Below, one piece after another: positions 47,932-58,291 of a DNA stretch of 64,000 nt (position 1 is the stretch's first letter; each line of letters begins with the position of its first letter). The stretch comes from Minisyncoccota bacterium (GTDB lineage Bacteria; Patescibacteriota; Microgenomatia; UBA1400; PJMF01), in assembly GCA_012515515.1 (NCBI GenBank), contig JAAYYE010000011.1, forward strand, positions 1,723-65,722, read 5' to 3'. The notes beneath the pieces were generated by a model. That model saw nothing but the letters and a program-made list of their open reading frames with translations, made no database searches and had not been told where the DNA came from. The position numbers and the translations under genes are program-made.

Positions 47932-49116
47932 ATGACTGCTGATTTTAATCAAGTGTTAAGTGATTTTCACTATCCCCTGGCTAAAGAAAAAATTGCTCAT
48001 CAGCCACTGGCTAAACGCGAGCAATCACGACTCTTAGTTTTTAATCGCCAAACGGGCAAATTTAGTGATCGGCATTTTTTTGAATTAAGTGAATTATTAA
48101 ATGCAAACGATGTTTTGGTCTTAAATGAAACTAAAGTTTTCCCCGCTCGGCTTTTGGGCAAAAAAGATACTGGTGGCAAAGTGGAATTGTTGCTTTTAAA
48201 AAAAACAGCGGCTAATGCTTGGCAAGCCATTAGCAAACCCGCACTAAAAATTAATCAGCGCCTATATTTTCCACCTAGAAATTTACTTTTAGATGAAGAT
48301 TATGATTTAGCTGATTTTTTACAAGCTCGAGTATTAAAAAATCAAGAGACTAGTGCGCTAGTCGAAGTTGAATTTAATTATGCAGCTGATAAATTGTGGC
48401 AAGCAATTGAAAGAACTGGTTACACCCCTCTGCCTCCATATATTAGAAATCAACAAAGTGAAGACTTGCGTCGTAGTGAATATCAAACCACCTTTGCCAA
48501 AAACATTGGTTCAGCGGCAGCTCCCACTGCTGGCTTACATTTTACCGATGAATTGTTAAAAAAAATAGCCGATCGAGGAGTGCAGATTGAAAAAATTGAT
48601 TTAGCAGTTGGTTTAGGTACTTTTGCCAAATTAACTCAAGAAAATTGGCAAAACCAAAGGCTTCATGAAGAACATTATCAAATTCAAGAAGCTGTGGCTG
48701 ACAGATTAAGCCAAGCCAAAGCAGCCGGCAAACGCCTAATTGCGGTTGGTACCACTAGCTTGCGAGCTTTAGAAAGCGCTGTTATTAATCCAAAAATAAT
48801 TAAAAAAAATAAATCAGAAGTGCCAAAAAATTCGCAAAAAAATCAAAAAAATGATTTGCTATTTAAAACTGGCCAGCAAAGCACGAACATTTTTATTAAG
48901 CCTCCTTATCAATTTCAAGCAGTTGACGCTTTAATCACCAACTTTCATTTACCAGCATCCAGTTTGCTCATGCTGGTGACGGCTTTTAGCACTCAGCCCA
49001 ATTCTCCCTTTGTTTTTAAAAACTTTTTAAGATCGCCTATCGGTCAAGCCTATCAACACGCCATTAATAATGACTACCGCTTTTTTAGTTTTGGCGATGC
49101 GATGTTGATTCTTTAA
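47932..49116 (+). CDS. queA: S-adenosylmethionine:tRNA ribosyltransferase-isomerase
   Basis: QueA motifs YTPLPPYIRN, GTTSLRALES and FHLPASSLLMLVTAF. Confidence 0.8.
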   Translation: MTADFNQVLSDFHYPLAKEKIAHQPLAKREQSRLLVFNRQTGKFSDRHFFELSELLNANDVLVLNETKVFPARLLGKKDTGGKVELLLLKKTAANAWQAISKPALKINQRLYFPPRNLLLDEDYDLADFLQARVLKNQETSALVEVEFNYAADKLWQAIERTGYTPLPPYIRNQQSEDLRRSEYQTTFAKNIGSAAAPTAGLHFTDELLKKIADRGVQIEKIDLAVGLGTFAKLTQENWQNQRLHEEHYQIQEAVADRLSQAKAAGKRLIAVGTTSLRALESAVINPKIIKKNKSEVPKNSQKNQKNDLLFKTGQQSTNIFIKPPYQFQAVDALITNFHLPASSLLMLVTAFSTQPNSPFVFKNFLRSPIGQAYQHAINNDYRFFSFGDAMLIL

Positions 49117-49145
49117 TTATTTCTTGCTAGGCTGAGCTAAATATA

Positions 49146-50339
49146 ATGACAAAAAAAGAAGAAAGAACCCTGCTTTTATCAGCTGATAAAAAAATTGTTT
49201 TAAAACAGATTTTACACTGGTTAGAATTTCAAAGCCAAAAACAGCCATATTTAACCATTGGTGGTTATGCTGGAACTGGTAAAACCACTTTATTAGCAGT
49301 CTTACGCCAATTATTGCACAAAAAGAATCCAAAATTAAAAGTGGCCTTTGCCGCTTTTACTGGGAAAGCCACTCAAGTTTTACAAAATTATTTAGCTGAA
49401 TTTAACCTGCTTTATGCCCAAGATTCAGTGAGTACCATTCATTCGCTCATTTATAGTGTAGTAGAAAACGAACAACAACAAATTGTTGCCTGGCGCAAAA
49501 AAGAGCGTTTAAAAACTGATTTGATTATTATTGATGAAGCCTCGATGCTTGATCAAGACATTTGGCTCGACCTGCTTTCTTACCATATCCCAATTTTGGC
49601 AGTTGGTGATCATGGGCAATTACCCCCAATTCATGGTTACTTCAATTTAATGAAAAAACCAATGTTGCGCTTAGAAAGTATTCATCGTCAAGAAATAAGT
49701 AATCCCATTATTGATATATCAATTTTGGCACGGACGCAGGGCCAGATTCCTGTCGCCAGTTATGGCAAAAAAGTTAAGAAACTCTTAAAAAGTGATCCAG
49801 ATACCGCCGAGCAAATTGAAAATTATTTGCAAATGGCTGACGAGGACACCCTCATAGTTTGTGGATATAACAATACTCGCTTGCGCCTCAATCAATACCT
49901 GCGCACTCTCAAAGGTTTTGAAACTGCAGAACCACAAGTCGCTGATCGCGTCATTTGTTTACGCAATAATCATCAAAAACAAATTTACAATGGAATGTTG
50001 GGTACAATTGAGAGAATTAGGCGGATTGATCAACATTTTTATGATATTGTAGTAAATTTTGACGACCAAGATCGAGTTTATGAGGGCTTAGCCTTAGCAA
50101 AACAATTTAATAGTGCCAGCACCATAAGTTATAACAGTCCCGATCGCCAACTGTTAAAAAAAGCTGATTTATTTGATTTTGCTTACGCCCTCACCGTCCA
50201 TAAAGCGCAAGGAAGTCAGGCGGCGCGGGTCATTGTTTTTGAAGAACGCTTTAAACAAATGAGCGATGAAGATTGGCGCCGGTGGCTATATACGGCCGTG
50301 ACCCGCGCCGAAGAGGAATTAATTATTATTGGTAATTAA
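49146..50339 (+). CDS. RecD/Dda-like SF1 DNA helicase
   Basis: Walker A IGGYAGTGKTT, Walker B IIIDEASML and the C-terminal ALTVHKAQGSQA motif. Confidence 0.7.
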   Translation: MTKKEERTLLLSADKKIVLKQILHWLEFQSQKQPYLTIGGYAGTGKTTLLAVLRQLLHKKNPKLKVAFAAFTGKATQVLQNYLAEFNLLYAQDSVSTIHSLIYSVVENEQQQIVAWRKKERLKTDLIIIDEASMLDQDIWLDLLSYHIPILAVGDHGQLPPIHGYFNLMKKPMLRLESIHRQEISNPIIDISILARTQGQIPVASYGKKVKKLLKSDPDTAEQIENYLQMADEDTLIVCGYNNTRLRLNQYLRTLKGFETAEPQVADRVICLRNNHQKQIYNGMLGTIERIRRIDQHFYDIVVNFDDQDRVYEGLALAKQFNSASTISYNSPDRQLLKKADLFDFAYALTVHKAQGSQAARVIVFEERFKQMSDEDWRRWLYTAVTRAEEELIIIGN

Positions 50340-50447
50340 TGAATGTTTGTAATTAGTTCGTTCTCTCGCACGCTTAATTTATGTTCTTACAAGCGACAAA
50401 ATTAATTTCAATCTTTCAAGATTAGCGTATATAATTAAGCATATTCT

Positions 50448-51200
50448 ATGAAAGGTCGTATTAATAAAATCTTGGCTGATTTGGGGCTAGCTTCTCGGAG
50501 AGAGGCTGATGCTTTAATTCAAGCTGGTCAGGTTCAAATTAATGGTCGGCGAGCTAAACTGGGCGAAAAAATTGATTTAAGTCATGATCAGCTCAAAGTT
50601 AAGGGTAAAATCATTGATGATGCTTTAATCCAAACTGTGGCCAGTGGTGAAAAATTTGAATATTGGCTATTAAATAAACCAAGAGCAGTAGTGTCAACAG
50701 TCAGCGATGAGCTTAATCGTAAAACGGTCATGTTCTTTTTAAAAAATAAAAGTCAGGCTCGTTTATATCCAGTTGGTCGTCTTGATTATGATTCAGAGGG
50801 TTTATTGTTAATGACTAATGATGGTGACTTGGCTTATCGTCTTACGCACCCCAAATATCAGGTAGAAAAAGAATATCTGGTGGAGGCTCAGGGAATTTTT
50901 AGTCAAGATAAAATTAGTCGTTTAGAAAGAGGCGTGCTGTTAGCTGGCAAGCGGGCTCGGGCAGAGCAGGTTGAATTAGTGGATAAAAAAGGTCGCGACT
51001 TAGTATTAAAATTTATTCTTCATGAGGGTCGCAAGCATGAGGTACGTCGTTTGTCTGCCAAAGTGGGCTGGGAAGTGACGCGTTTAACCAGAACGCGCCT
51101 GGCTAATTTAGAACTAGGCAACCTACAAGCAGGTACGGTAAGAAAATTAAGTGATGAAGAAATTTCGGCCTTAAAAAAGACCGTCCAATTAAGCAACTAA
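50448..51200 (+). CDS. Pseudouridine synthase, RsuA/RluB family (S4 domain + catalytic domain)
   Basis: S4 RNA-binding N-terminus (RINKILADLGLASRREA), and the catalytic Asp segment PVGRLDYDSEGLLLMTNDGDLA. Confidence 0.8.
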   Translation: MKGRINKILADLGLASRREADALIQAGQVQINGRRAKLGEKIDLSHDQLKVKGKIIDDALIQTVASGEKFEYWLLNKPRAVVSTVSDELNRKTVMFFLKNKSQARLYPVGRLDYDSEGLLLMTNDGDLAYRLTHPKYQVEKEYLVEAQGIFSQDKISRLERGVLLAGKRARAEQVELVDKKGRDLVLKFILHEGRKHEVRRLSAKVGWEVTRLTRTRLANLELGNLQAGTVRKLSDEEISALKKTVQLSN

Positions 51201-51202
51201 CT

Positions 51203-51841
51203 ATGTCTAATAATTTTAAATATTTAATTTTTGATTTTGATGGTACTTTAGCCGATACTGAGTTTATTCATCTTGAGGCTTACAAGCGGATTTATCGCCG
51301 TTTTGATTTGCCAAAATTTACCCAAGCAGAATTAGTAAAAATTAAATCAAGCAAGATTAAAGATTTGATTACAGAATATAAGATTGGTCCTGTTAAATTG
51401 TTAAAAATTGCTCAAGCTCTAAATCAAGAAACTGCTTCTCTAATTACTCAGGCGAATTTTTATCCAGAGATTAAAAAGATTTTACTGCAATTAAAAAAAG
51501 ATCATGTTTTAGGCATTTTAAGCTCGAACCAATTAAGCACTATTGAAAGTTTTTTTAATCAACAAAATTTACCCTTGGCTAGTCTGTTTACTTTTTGGCA
51601 CTGTGAAAAAGAAATATTTGCTAAAGATCGAGCACTTAAAGCCCTGATGAAAAAACATAAAATTCCACGCCAAGAAGTTTTATATTTTGGTGATCAAGTT
51701 AGAGATGTTGAAGCTTGTCAGAGAGCTGGTGTGGCAGTGGCAGCTGTTACTTGGGGTTTTGCTAATGAAGAATTGTTAGCTGGTGCTCAAGCTAATTTTT
51801 TGCTTAATCGGCCAAATGAAATTTTAGACCTATTATCTTAA
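51203..51841 (+). CDS. HAD-superfamily hydrolase (subfamily IA)
   Basis: Motif I LIFDFDGTLADTE. Confidence 0.75.
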   Translation: MSNNFKYLIFDFDGTLADTEFIHLEAYKRIYRRFDLPKFTQAELVKIKSSKIKDLITEYKIGPVKLLKIAQALNQETASLITQANFYPEIKKILLQLKKDHVLGILSSNQLSTIESFFNQQNLPLASLFTFWHCEKEIFAKDRALKALMKKHKIPRQEVLYFGDQVRDVEACQRAGVAVAAVTWGFANEELLAGAQANFLLNRPNEILDLLS

Positions 51842-51898
51842 TTGTCTGTTATTTTTTTGTTGAAAAGAGTATAATCTAGCTTTTGTTTTTAATAAATT

Positions 51899-53749
51899 AT
51901 GCAAATTCGTAATATAGCTATTATCGCTCATGTTGATCATGGTAAAACCACCCTGATTGATGGGATGTTGAAGCAAACTCATGCTTTTCGAGCTAATCAG
52001 GCTGAAATGGGACAAGAAACCATTTTAGATAGCAATGATTTGGAACGAGAAAAGGGCATCACGATTTTAGCCAAAAATACCTCAGTATTTTATCAAAGCT
52101 TAGCTGGAGAAGAATATAAAATTAATATTATTGATACTCCAGGACACGCTGATTTTGCTGGAGAAGTTGAGCGAGTAATTAGCATGGCAGATGGCGCTAT
52201 TTTATTAGTTGATGCTGCCGAAGGCCCTTTGCCTCAAACTAAGTTTGTTTTGCAACAAGCTATTCAGCAACAATTACCGATTATTGTTTTAATTAATAAA
52301 ATTGATCGCCGTGATGCTGAGCCAGCAAGAGTCTTACAGCAAGTTGAAGAATTATTTTTGAACTTAGCTAGTGACAGTAGTCAATTAGACTTTCCAGTTT
52401 TATATGCGGTGGGTCGCTTGGGAAAAATTTGGTCAGCATTGCCAGCGCTAAATCAATTGCAAGATTTGCCTCAAGCAACAGGTAATTTACAAGTCTTATT
52501 TGAAGAAATTATTCGCACTGTTCCCGCTCCTCAATGTGATACTCAGGCAGCTTTTAAAATGCAGGTGTCGACTTTGGACTTTGACTCATATAAGGGTATT
52601 TATGCCATTGGTAAAGTCACCCAGGGAGTGGTTAAAAAAGGCCAACGCTTAGTCATTTTGCAAGAAGAAGAAAAAGTGGGGGAAATATCTGTTAATCAGT
52701 TATTTGAAAGTGTGGGTTTAGAAAAAAAAGAAATTCAAGAGTCACCAGCGGGAGACATCATCGCTATTACAGGAGTGGAAAAAATTGCTATTGGGCAAAC
52801 TTTGGCTGCCTTGGGGGAAACAAAGGGTTTTCCTATGATCAAAATTACCGAGCCGACTTTAAAAATTGCGATTACTGCTAGTGCCTCACCCTTTGTTGGT
52901 AAAGAAAGTGAATTTTGTACTGTTCGACAATTGGCAGAGCGCCTCAAGCGTGAACAAAAAACCAATTTAGGTTTAGATATTCAACAAAAAGAAGGCGGAG
53001 TTTTTATAGTGGCTGGACGAGGAGAATTACATTTAGCTGTCTTAATTGAAACGATGCGCCGCGAAGGCTATGAAATGGAAATTGCTCGACCTCAGGTTAT
53101 TTTTAAAGAAATTGATGGTGTACAGCAAGAGCCAATCGAAGAATTAATTGTCGAAATTGAACAAGCTTATGTGGGAGTCATTACTGAAGAATTGGGCAAG
53201 CGTCATGCTCAGCTACAAAGCAGTTCAAGCAATAGCCGAGGTGTAAATCACATGCTTTATCATATTAGCAGTCGCAATCTCTTGGGTTTTCGCAGTGAAA
53301 TCTTAACAAAAACCAAGGGCAATGGCTTATTTACTAGCTCTTTTTTACATTATGCACCTTTGCAGGCCAGTAGATTAAAATTGAGAAATGGGGCTTTAAT
53401 TGCTACTGAAGGCGGGATGGTCACTGCCTATGCTTTGGAAAGCGTCCAACAGCGTGGTAAAACTTTTGTCATCCCTGGCGAGGAAGTTTATGAGGGGCAA
53501 ATTGTGGGTTTATGTAAACAAAAAGGCGATTTAGAAGTTAATGTTTGTAAAAGTAAAAAATTAACTAATTTTCGATCAAATGCAGATGTTTTGACAGTGC
53601 TCAATGCAAAAGTTGATTTAAGTTTAGAGCAATGTCTAGATTTTATTGAAAATGATGAATTGCTTGAAGTCACACCAAAAAATCTTCGTCTCCGTAAACG
53701 TTATTTAAGCAAGTTAGAACGCAATAAAAAAGCTCAAGCTCGGGATTAA
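51899..53749 (+). CDS. typA: Translational GTPase BipA/TypA
   Basis: G-domain motifs [18 protein letters not shown] and NKID. Overall colinearity with BipA ([18 protein letters not shown]...). Confidence 0.85.
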   Translation: MQIRNIAIIAHVDHGKTTLIDGMLKQTHAFRANQAEMGQETILDSNDLEREKGITILAKNTSVFYQSLAGEEYKINIIDTPGHADFAGEVERVISMADGAILLVDAAEGPLPQTKFVLQQAIQQQLPIIVLINKIDRRDAEPARVLQQVEELFLNLASDSSQLDFPVLYAVGRLGKIWSALPALNQLQDLPQATGNLQVLFEEIIRTVPAPQCDTQAAFKMQVSTLDFDSYKGIYAIGKVTQGVVKKGQRLVILQEEEKVGEISVNQLFESVGLEKKEIQESPAGDIIAITGVEKIAIGQTLAALGETKGFPMIKITEPTLKIAITASASPFVGKESEFCTVRQLAERLKREQKTNLGLDIQQKEGGVFIVAGRGELHLAVLIETMRREGYEMEIARPQVIFKEIDGVQQEPIEELIVEIEQAYVGVITEELGKRHAQLQSSSSNSRGVNHMLYHISSRNLLGFRSEILTKTKGNGLFTSSFLHYAPLQASRLKLRNGALIATEGGMVTAYALESVQQRGKTFVIPGEEVYEGQIVGLCKQKGDLEVNVCKSKKLTNFRSNADVLTVLNAKVDLSLEQCLDFIENDELLEVTPKNLRLRKRYLSKLERNKKAQARD

Positions 53750-53836
53750 TAAAAGTCAAACTTAGGCTTAAGTAATGGTCAAGCATAAATCTGCTTGTTT
53801 TAGCCAATTGTTAAAAATGAGTGTTAGAATAGGCTT

Positions 53837-55027
53837 GTGTCTGATTTTAATGAACCTTTAGCCTCCCTACTGCGTCCCAAAAATTTAGCAGAATTTGTTG
53901 GTCAAAGCCAACTAGTTGGTGAAGGTAAACCCTTGAGCACGATGATTGCCATGGGCTCGCCCTTTTCCTTAATTTTTTGGGGACCTCCAGGAGTGGGAAA
54001 AACGACTTTAGCCAAAATTATTGCCCGAGAAACTGGTCGTTCATTTATTGAATTGTCGGCAGTATCAGCGAGTAAAGCTGATGTGAAAAAAGTCCTTGAT
54101 CAAAGTAAAGAACAAAAAAGCTTATTAGAATCTTATCAGGCGCCAGTACTCTTTTTAGATGAAATTCATCGCTTTAATAAAGCCCAGCAAGATTTTTTAT
54201 TACCCAGTGTTGAAAGTGGCCAAATAATTTTAATTGGGGCAAGTACGGAAAATCCTTCTTTTGAAGTGATCGCTCCCTTGTTATCAAGAATGCGAGTTTT
54301 TGTTTTACAGCCTTTGACAACTGAAGATTTGATCGCCATCACCAACAGAGCTTTAAAAGTATTAAAAATTAAAAAAATTGCGCAAGCTAGTCAAGAATTT
54401 TTGCTAAATTATGCTGATGGCGATGCACGTCGACTGTTAACCATAATTGATAATGCTTATGCACTTTACGGTAATTTAAAATTGTCCTCACTCAAAAATG
54501 CTCTCCAATCAAAACAAATACTCTACGACAAAAAAGGAGAAGAGCATTACAACATCATTAGTGCTTTTATTAAAAGTTTAAGAGCCAGTGATGTTGACGC
54601 TGCGCTTTATTATCTGGCTAGAATGGTCAAAGCTGGCGAAGATCCAAAATTTATTGCCAGGAGAATGGTAATTTTTGCTAGTGAAGATGTAGGTATGGCT
54701 CAACCAACCGCCTTAGTAGTAGCCAATGAAGTTTTTGATGCCGTGATGAAAATTGGTTATCCAGAAGCGCAAATTAGTTTGGCACATGGTGTGGTTTATC
54801 TTGCTTTAGCCAAAAAAGATCGGCGAGCCTATGACGCTTATTTTCGAGCTTTGAACGATGTCGAAAAACACGGCAGCTTAGCAATTCCTCTTAAACTGCG
54901 TAATGCGCCAACTCAATTAATGAGAGACTTGAATTATGGTAAAGACTATCAAATGTATAAGCCGGGAAAAGATAAAAAATTAGAAAGTTATTTACCAGAA
55001 AAACTGCAAGGCAAAAAGTATTATTGA
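53837..55027 (+). CDS. rarA: Replication-associated recombination protein A (AAA+ ATPase)
   Basis: GPPGVGKTTLA Walker A, DEIHRFNKAQQD and ARRLLT segments. GTG start. Confidence 0.8.
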   Translation: MSDFNEPLASLLRPKNLAEFVGQSQLVGEGKPLSTMIAMGSPFSLIFWGPPGVGKTTLAKIIARETGRSFIELSAVSASKADVKKVLDQSKEQKSLLESYQAPVLFLDEIHRFNKAQQDFLLPSVESGQIILIGASTENPSFEVIAPLLSRMRVFVLQPLTTEDLIAITNRALKVLKIKKIAQASQEFLLNYADGDARRLLTIIDNAYALYGNLKLSSLKNALQSKQILYDKKGEEHYNIISAFIKSLRASDVDAALYYLARMVKAGEDPKFIARRMVIFASEDVGMAQPTALVVANEVFDAVMKIGYPEAQISLAHGVVYLALAKKDRRAYDAYFRALNDVEKHGSLAIPLKLRNAPTQLMRDLNYGKDYQMYKPGKDKKLESYLPEKLQGKKYY

Positions 55028-55236
55028 TCAAAATTTTATAAAGAAGTTGGGGTAAATTCAGCAAGACATTCGGCAATAAGTTCAGCAATATACTCAACTG
55101 GGGCTACTTAAATTAAGAAACAAATTTTTACTCTTAAAACTTATTAAAGATTGATAAATAAATGTTTTTTGTTTATTGATTATTTTATTTTTTTTGTTAA
55201 ACTCAGAACACTAACTATTTAAACAGAAAGGTTTAC

Positions 55237-55983
55237 ATGTCAGAAAAAAAATTAAAAAATTGTTGTCCGGATTGTCCTTGCCGAGATTGTCAATGTCCCG
55301 AGCAGTGCAACAAGCATTGTGCTCAAAGCACTTCATCTTTTCCCTTAATTGGTGATCAGTTTCCTGAAATAAAAGTGCTAAGCACGCATGGCCCTCTTTC
55401 TTTCCCAAAAGACTTAATGGGCAAGTGGACGGTCTTATTTAGTCATCCAGGAGATTTCACTCCAGTTTGTACCACCGAATTTGTCGCTTTTGCTAAAATG
55501 GCTCCAGATTTCAAAAAAATTAATACACAATTAATTGGTTTGTCCATTGATCAGGTTTTTTCTCACATTAAGTGGACAGAATGGATTAATGATAAATTGG
55601 GCGTGAAAATTCCTTTCCCAATTATTGCAGATAGTATGGGTAGGGTTGGTAAATCATTGGGCATGATTCATGAAAAAAAAGGTAGTGACACCGTGCGGGC
55701 AGTTTTTGTGATTGATGACCAGGCAATTATTCGTTTGATTCTATATTACCCTCAGGAAGTAGGTCGCAACATGGAAGAAATTTTACGAGTAGTTAAAGCC
55801 CTACAATTTTCGACTGCTAATAAAGTAGCTATGCCAGCTAATTGGCCTAATAATGATTTTCTAGGTGATCATGTCATCATCCCACCTGCGAAAAGTGAGG
55901 CAGAGGCTGAGAAAAGACGTGGTAAAAAAGATTGTTTTGATTGGTGGTTTTGTCACACCAAAGTAAAAGAACAAAAAAAATAA
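55237..55983 (+). CDS. 1-Cys-type peroxiredoxin (Prx6-like) with Cys-rich N-terminal extension
   Basis: [12 protein letters not shown] peroxidatic-Cys motif. It is preceded by ~30 aa containing 9 Cys ([20 protein letters not shown]). Confidence 0.8.
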   Translation: MSEKKLKNCCPDCPCRDCQCPEQCNKHCAQSTSSFPLIGDQFPEIKVLSTHGPLSFPKDLMGKWTVLFSHPGDFTPVCTTEFVAFAKMAPDFKKINTQLIGLSIDQVFSHIKWTEWINDKLGVKIPFPIIADSMGRVGKSLGMIHEKKGSDTVRAVFVIDDQAIIRLILYYPQEVGRNMEEILRVVKALQFSTANKVAMPANWPNNDFLGDHVIIPPAKSEAEAEKRRGKKDCFDWWFCHTKVKEQKK

Positions 55984-55998
55984 TTTCACTTGAAATCA

Positions 55999-56025
55999 CC
56001 CCTATTGAACTAGGGGCTTGTTTTT
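55999..56025 (+). terminator. Rho-independent terminator (CCCCTA-ttgaac-TAGGGG + CTTGTTTTT)
   Basis: Hairpin plus a T tract, directly after the peroxiredoxin stop. Confidence 0.55.
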
Positions 56026-56049
56026 GAGATAATAGGGACTTGAGAAAAA

Positions 56050-56126
56050 GCGCCCATAGCTCAGTTGGATAGAGCGTTTGTTTGCGGAACAAAAGGTCAG
56101 AGGTTCGAATCCCCTTGGGCGCACCA
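56050..56126 (+). tRNA. tRNA-Arg (anticodon GCG by hand fold), CCA encoded
   Basis: Cloverleaf folded by hand: acceptor GCGCCCA/TGGGCGC, a D arm and a TTCGAAT T-loop. Anticodon stem TTTGT/ACAAA with loop TTGCGGA. Confidence 0.65.
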
Positions 56127-56198
56127 TTTTCTACAATTTCCAAGAGTGAAGACGATTGCTTTGTTTTTTTTCGTTTATTGGTTTAGAATACACGCATT

Positions 56199-56366
56199 AT
56201 GCTAGAAAGAAAAAAAGACAGAGAAAAAGCACTAGATCAAGTTCAGCCTTTAATTGATGAAAAAGGCAGGATTTTGCGATTACAAGCCGAGACAGGAAAA
56301 AATTATTCTGCTGTACTAAAAGACCTTGATCAGCGGATTAAACAAGCTCTTCGAGGTAAAAAATAA
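56199..56366 (+). CDS. Small ORF (55 aa, Lys-rich, MLERKKDREKALDQVQPLIDEKGRIL...) between two tRNA genes
   Basis: Not in the ORF track because it is shorter than 60 aa. It is followed by a clean terminator. Its coding status is uncertain. Confidence 0.3.
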   Translation: MLERKKDREKALDQVQPLIDEKGRILRLQAETGKNYSAVLKDLDQRIKQALRGKK

Positions 56367-56412
56367 ATAACTGATTAGAAATATTTGTCTTTAAGCTAGA
56401 TTGAAGATAAAT

Positions 56413-56447
56413 AAAAAAACTGCTTGCGAGCAGTTTTTTGTTTTTCT
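56413..56447 (+). terminator. Rho-independent terminator (AACTGCT-tgcg-AGCAGTT + T-rich)
   Basis: 7-bp stem followed by TTTTTGTTTTT. Confidence 0.6.
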
Positions 56448-56473
56448 GGACTTTTCGCGTTAGAATTACAATA

Positions 56474-56557
56474 GGAAGGGTCGCATAGTGGCTATTGCAT
56501 CAGTTTCGAAAACTGACGCCCTTTTGGGCATCGTGGGTTCGAGTCCCGCCCCTTCCG
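56474..56557 (+). tRNA. tRNA-Ser (anticodon CGA), long variable arm
   Basis: Acceptor GGAAGGG/CCCTTCC, 3-bp D stem and anticodon loop TTCGAAA. A 16-nt variable arm, GTTCGAGTC T-loop and discriminator G. Confidence 0.7.
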
Positions 56558-56694
56558 CATCCATTTATTCTATTTTTGGTAAAATTACTCTAGACTGAGG
56601 ATTGAGGGCTAAAGCTACTCCATTACTAATTTCACCAAAGCCAATTAAATTCCTCAGTGCTGATAAATTTTATTTTTCAGTTATAATTTCCTTC

Positions 56695-57501
56695 ATGAAG
56701 CAAAAACAAAAAAAATTAGGTTTAGCGCTGGGTAGTGGCGGCTGGCGTGCTTTAGCTCATTTGGGGGTGATTAAGGAGTTGCTGAATAATGATATTGAAA
56801 TTAGCTATATCGCTGGTAGTAGTGCTGGAGCATTAGTTGGCGGTATGTATAGTGCTTTACTTGACATTAATCAGGTCGAAGAAATTTTTCGCCAAAACAT
56901 GAATTACCGAAGCTTACTTTACGCTTTTTCTGATCCCCGACCAGCTAGAGGAATTTTTAGGGGCGATAAAATGGAAGAGATTTTTGCTCATTATCTAGCT
57001 GGGCGTCGCATTGAAGATTTAAAAATTCCTTTTTGTGCGATGGCTTGCGATCTGATTACCGGTCAAGTTGTTGAATTGAAAAAAGGTAGTCTGAGTAAGG
57101 CAATTCATGCCAGCATAACGGTGCCTTTTGTATTAGAACCAGTCAAGCGGGGTAAAATGCGCCTAATTGATGGTGCTTCAGCTGTGCCGGTGCCGGTTAA
57201 AACGGTGAAACAAATGGGTGCAGAAGTGGTGATAGCAGTCAACTTACAAAAAAATCAATTTCCAATGAGCAATGACAAGATTTCTGCCTTGCGAACGGTT
57301 CTAAAAACTTCTCAGGTGATGTTGCATCATTTGGCCAAACATACACAAAAAGATGCCGACCTAGTTTTATTCCCCGATATCAAAGAAAGCGGTGAGTACA
57401 GTAATCCTTTTTCAGGGTTTGTGACACGAGGTGATGTCTTAAGTAATGGTCAAGCGGTTGTCAAAGAAAATATCGAAAAAATTAAAGAATTATTATATTA
57501 A
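56695..57501 (+). CDS. Patatin-like phospholipase
   Basis: GSGGWRALAHLG (GxGxxG), GSSAG (GxSxG) nucleophile and a DGA catalytic Asp motif. Confidence 0.8.
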   Translation: MKQKQKKLGLALGSGGWRALAHLGVIKELLNNDIEISYIAGSSAGALVGGMYSALLDINQVEEIFRQNMNYRSLLYAFSDPRPARGIFRGDKMEEIFAHYLAGRRIEDLKIPFCAMACDLITGQVVELKKGSLSKAIHASITVPFVLEPVKRGKMRLIDGASAVPVPVKTVKQMGAEVVIAVNLQKNQFPMSNDKISALRTVLKTSQVMLHHLAKHTQKDADLVLFPDIKESGEYSNPFSGFVTRGDVLSNGQAVVKENIEKIKELLY

Positions 57502-57517
57502 TTTTAAAAGCAAAAAA

Positions 57518-58267
57518 ATGGCAAAAATTGCTGATAAAATTATTTTAACTTTTAAAGAAGCAGCTAATCCGCAAAAAGCCCAACACTCTCAAAGATTTTT
57601 TAAAACTGCGAAGGGTGAATATGGTGAAGGCGATTTATTTTTAGGTGTAACAGTTCCGCAAGTACGAAGTATTGTTAAACAGTATCAGAATCAAGTTAAA
57701 ATTGAAGATTTGGTAGAGTTGGCAGATTTACTCATTATTCATTACCATGAAGTTCGCCTAAGCGCTTTACTACTATTGCTAGAATTATTTAAAGGCGCAA
57801 GCACTCAAACAGCTAAAAAACAAATTGTTGATTTTTATTTAGCGCACAGCGCTTATGTTAATAGTTGGGATTTGGTTGATTTATCTGCCGACAAAATTCT
57901 TGGTCAATATTTATTGGAGACAAATCAAAATAAACCCCTGCAACAAGCTCCCAGCTTATTAATTAACTTGGCTAAATCGGAAATGCTTTGGGAAAGGCGC
58001 ATCGCAGTTTTGTCGACTTTTGCTTTTATCAGAGCGGGGGAATTTCTGCCCACCCTAAAATTAGCCAAGATTTTACTTAATGATCAAGAAGATTTAATTC
58101 ATAAAGCAGTGGGTTGGTTGCTTAGAGAAGTGGGCAAGCGCGATGAAAAAAGCTTAATTAATTTCTTAGATCAATACACTTTGCAGATGCCTCGCACCAT
58201 GTTGCGCTATGCCATCGAAAAATTGCCCGAGAACAAAAGACAGTTTTATTTAAATAAAAAATATTAA
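57518..58267 (+). CDS. AlkD-like DNA alkylation repair (HEAT-repeat glycosylase) family protein
   Basis: The segment RFFKTAKGEYGEGDLFLGVTVPQVRSI resembles the DNA_alkylation family. Confidence 0.55.
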   Translation: MAKIADKIILTFKEAANPQKAQHSQRFFKTAKGEYGEGDLFLGVTVPQVRSIVKQYQNQVKIEDLVELADLLIIHYHEVRLSALLLLLELFKGASTQTAKKQIVDFYLAHSAYVNSWDLVDLSADKILGQYLLETNQNKPLQQAPSLLINLAKSEMLWERRIAVLSTFAFIRAGEFLPTLKLAKILLNDQEDLIHKAVGWLLREVGKRDEKSLINFLDQYTLQMPRTMLRYAIEKLPENKRQFYLNKKY

Positions 58268-58291
58268 GTAATATTGTGCTAAAGTAATGCT

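Noticed and set aside
50340-50447. Possible Cheo-type LexA box (GAAC-N4-GTTC) near repeated GTTC words upstream of the pseudouridine synthase gene
   Set aside because: No properly spaced GAAC/GTTC dyad is present. The only convincing palindrome in the window is the TGTCA-N4-TGACA site at the lexA promoter.
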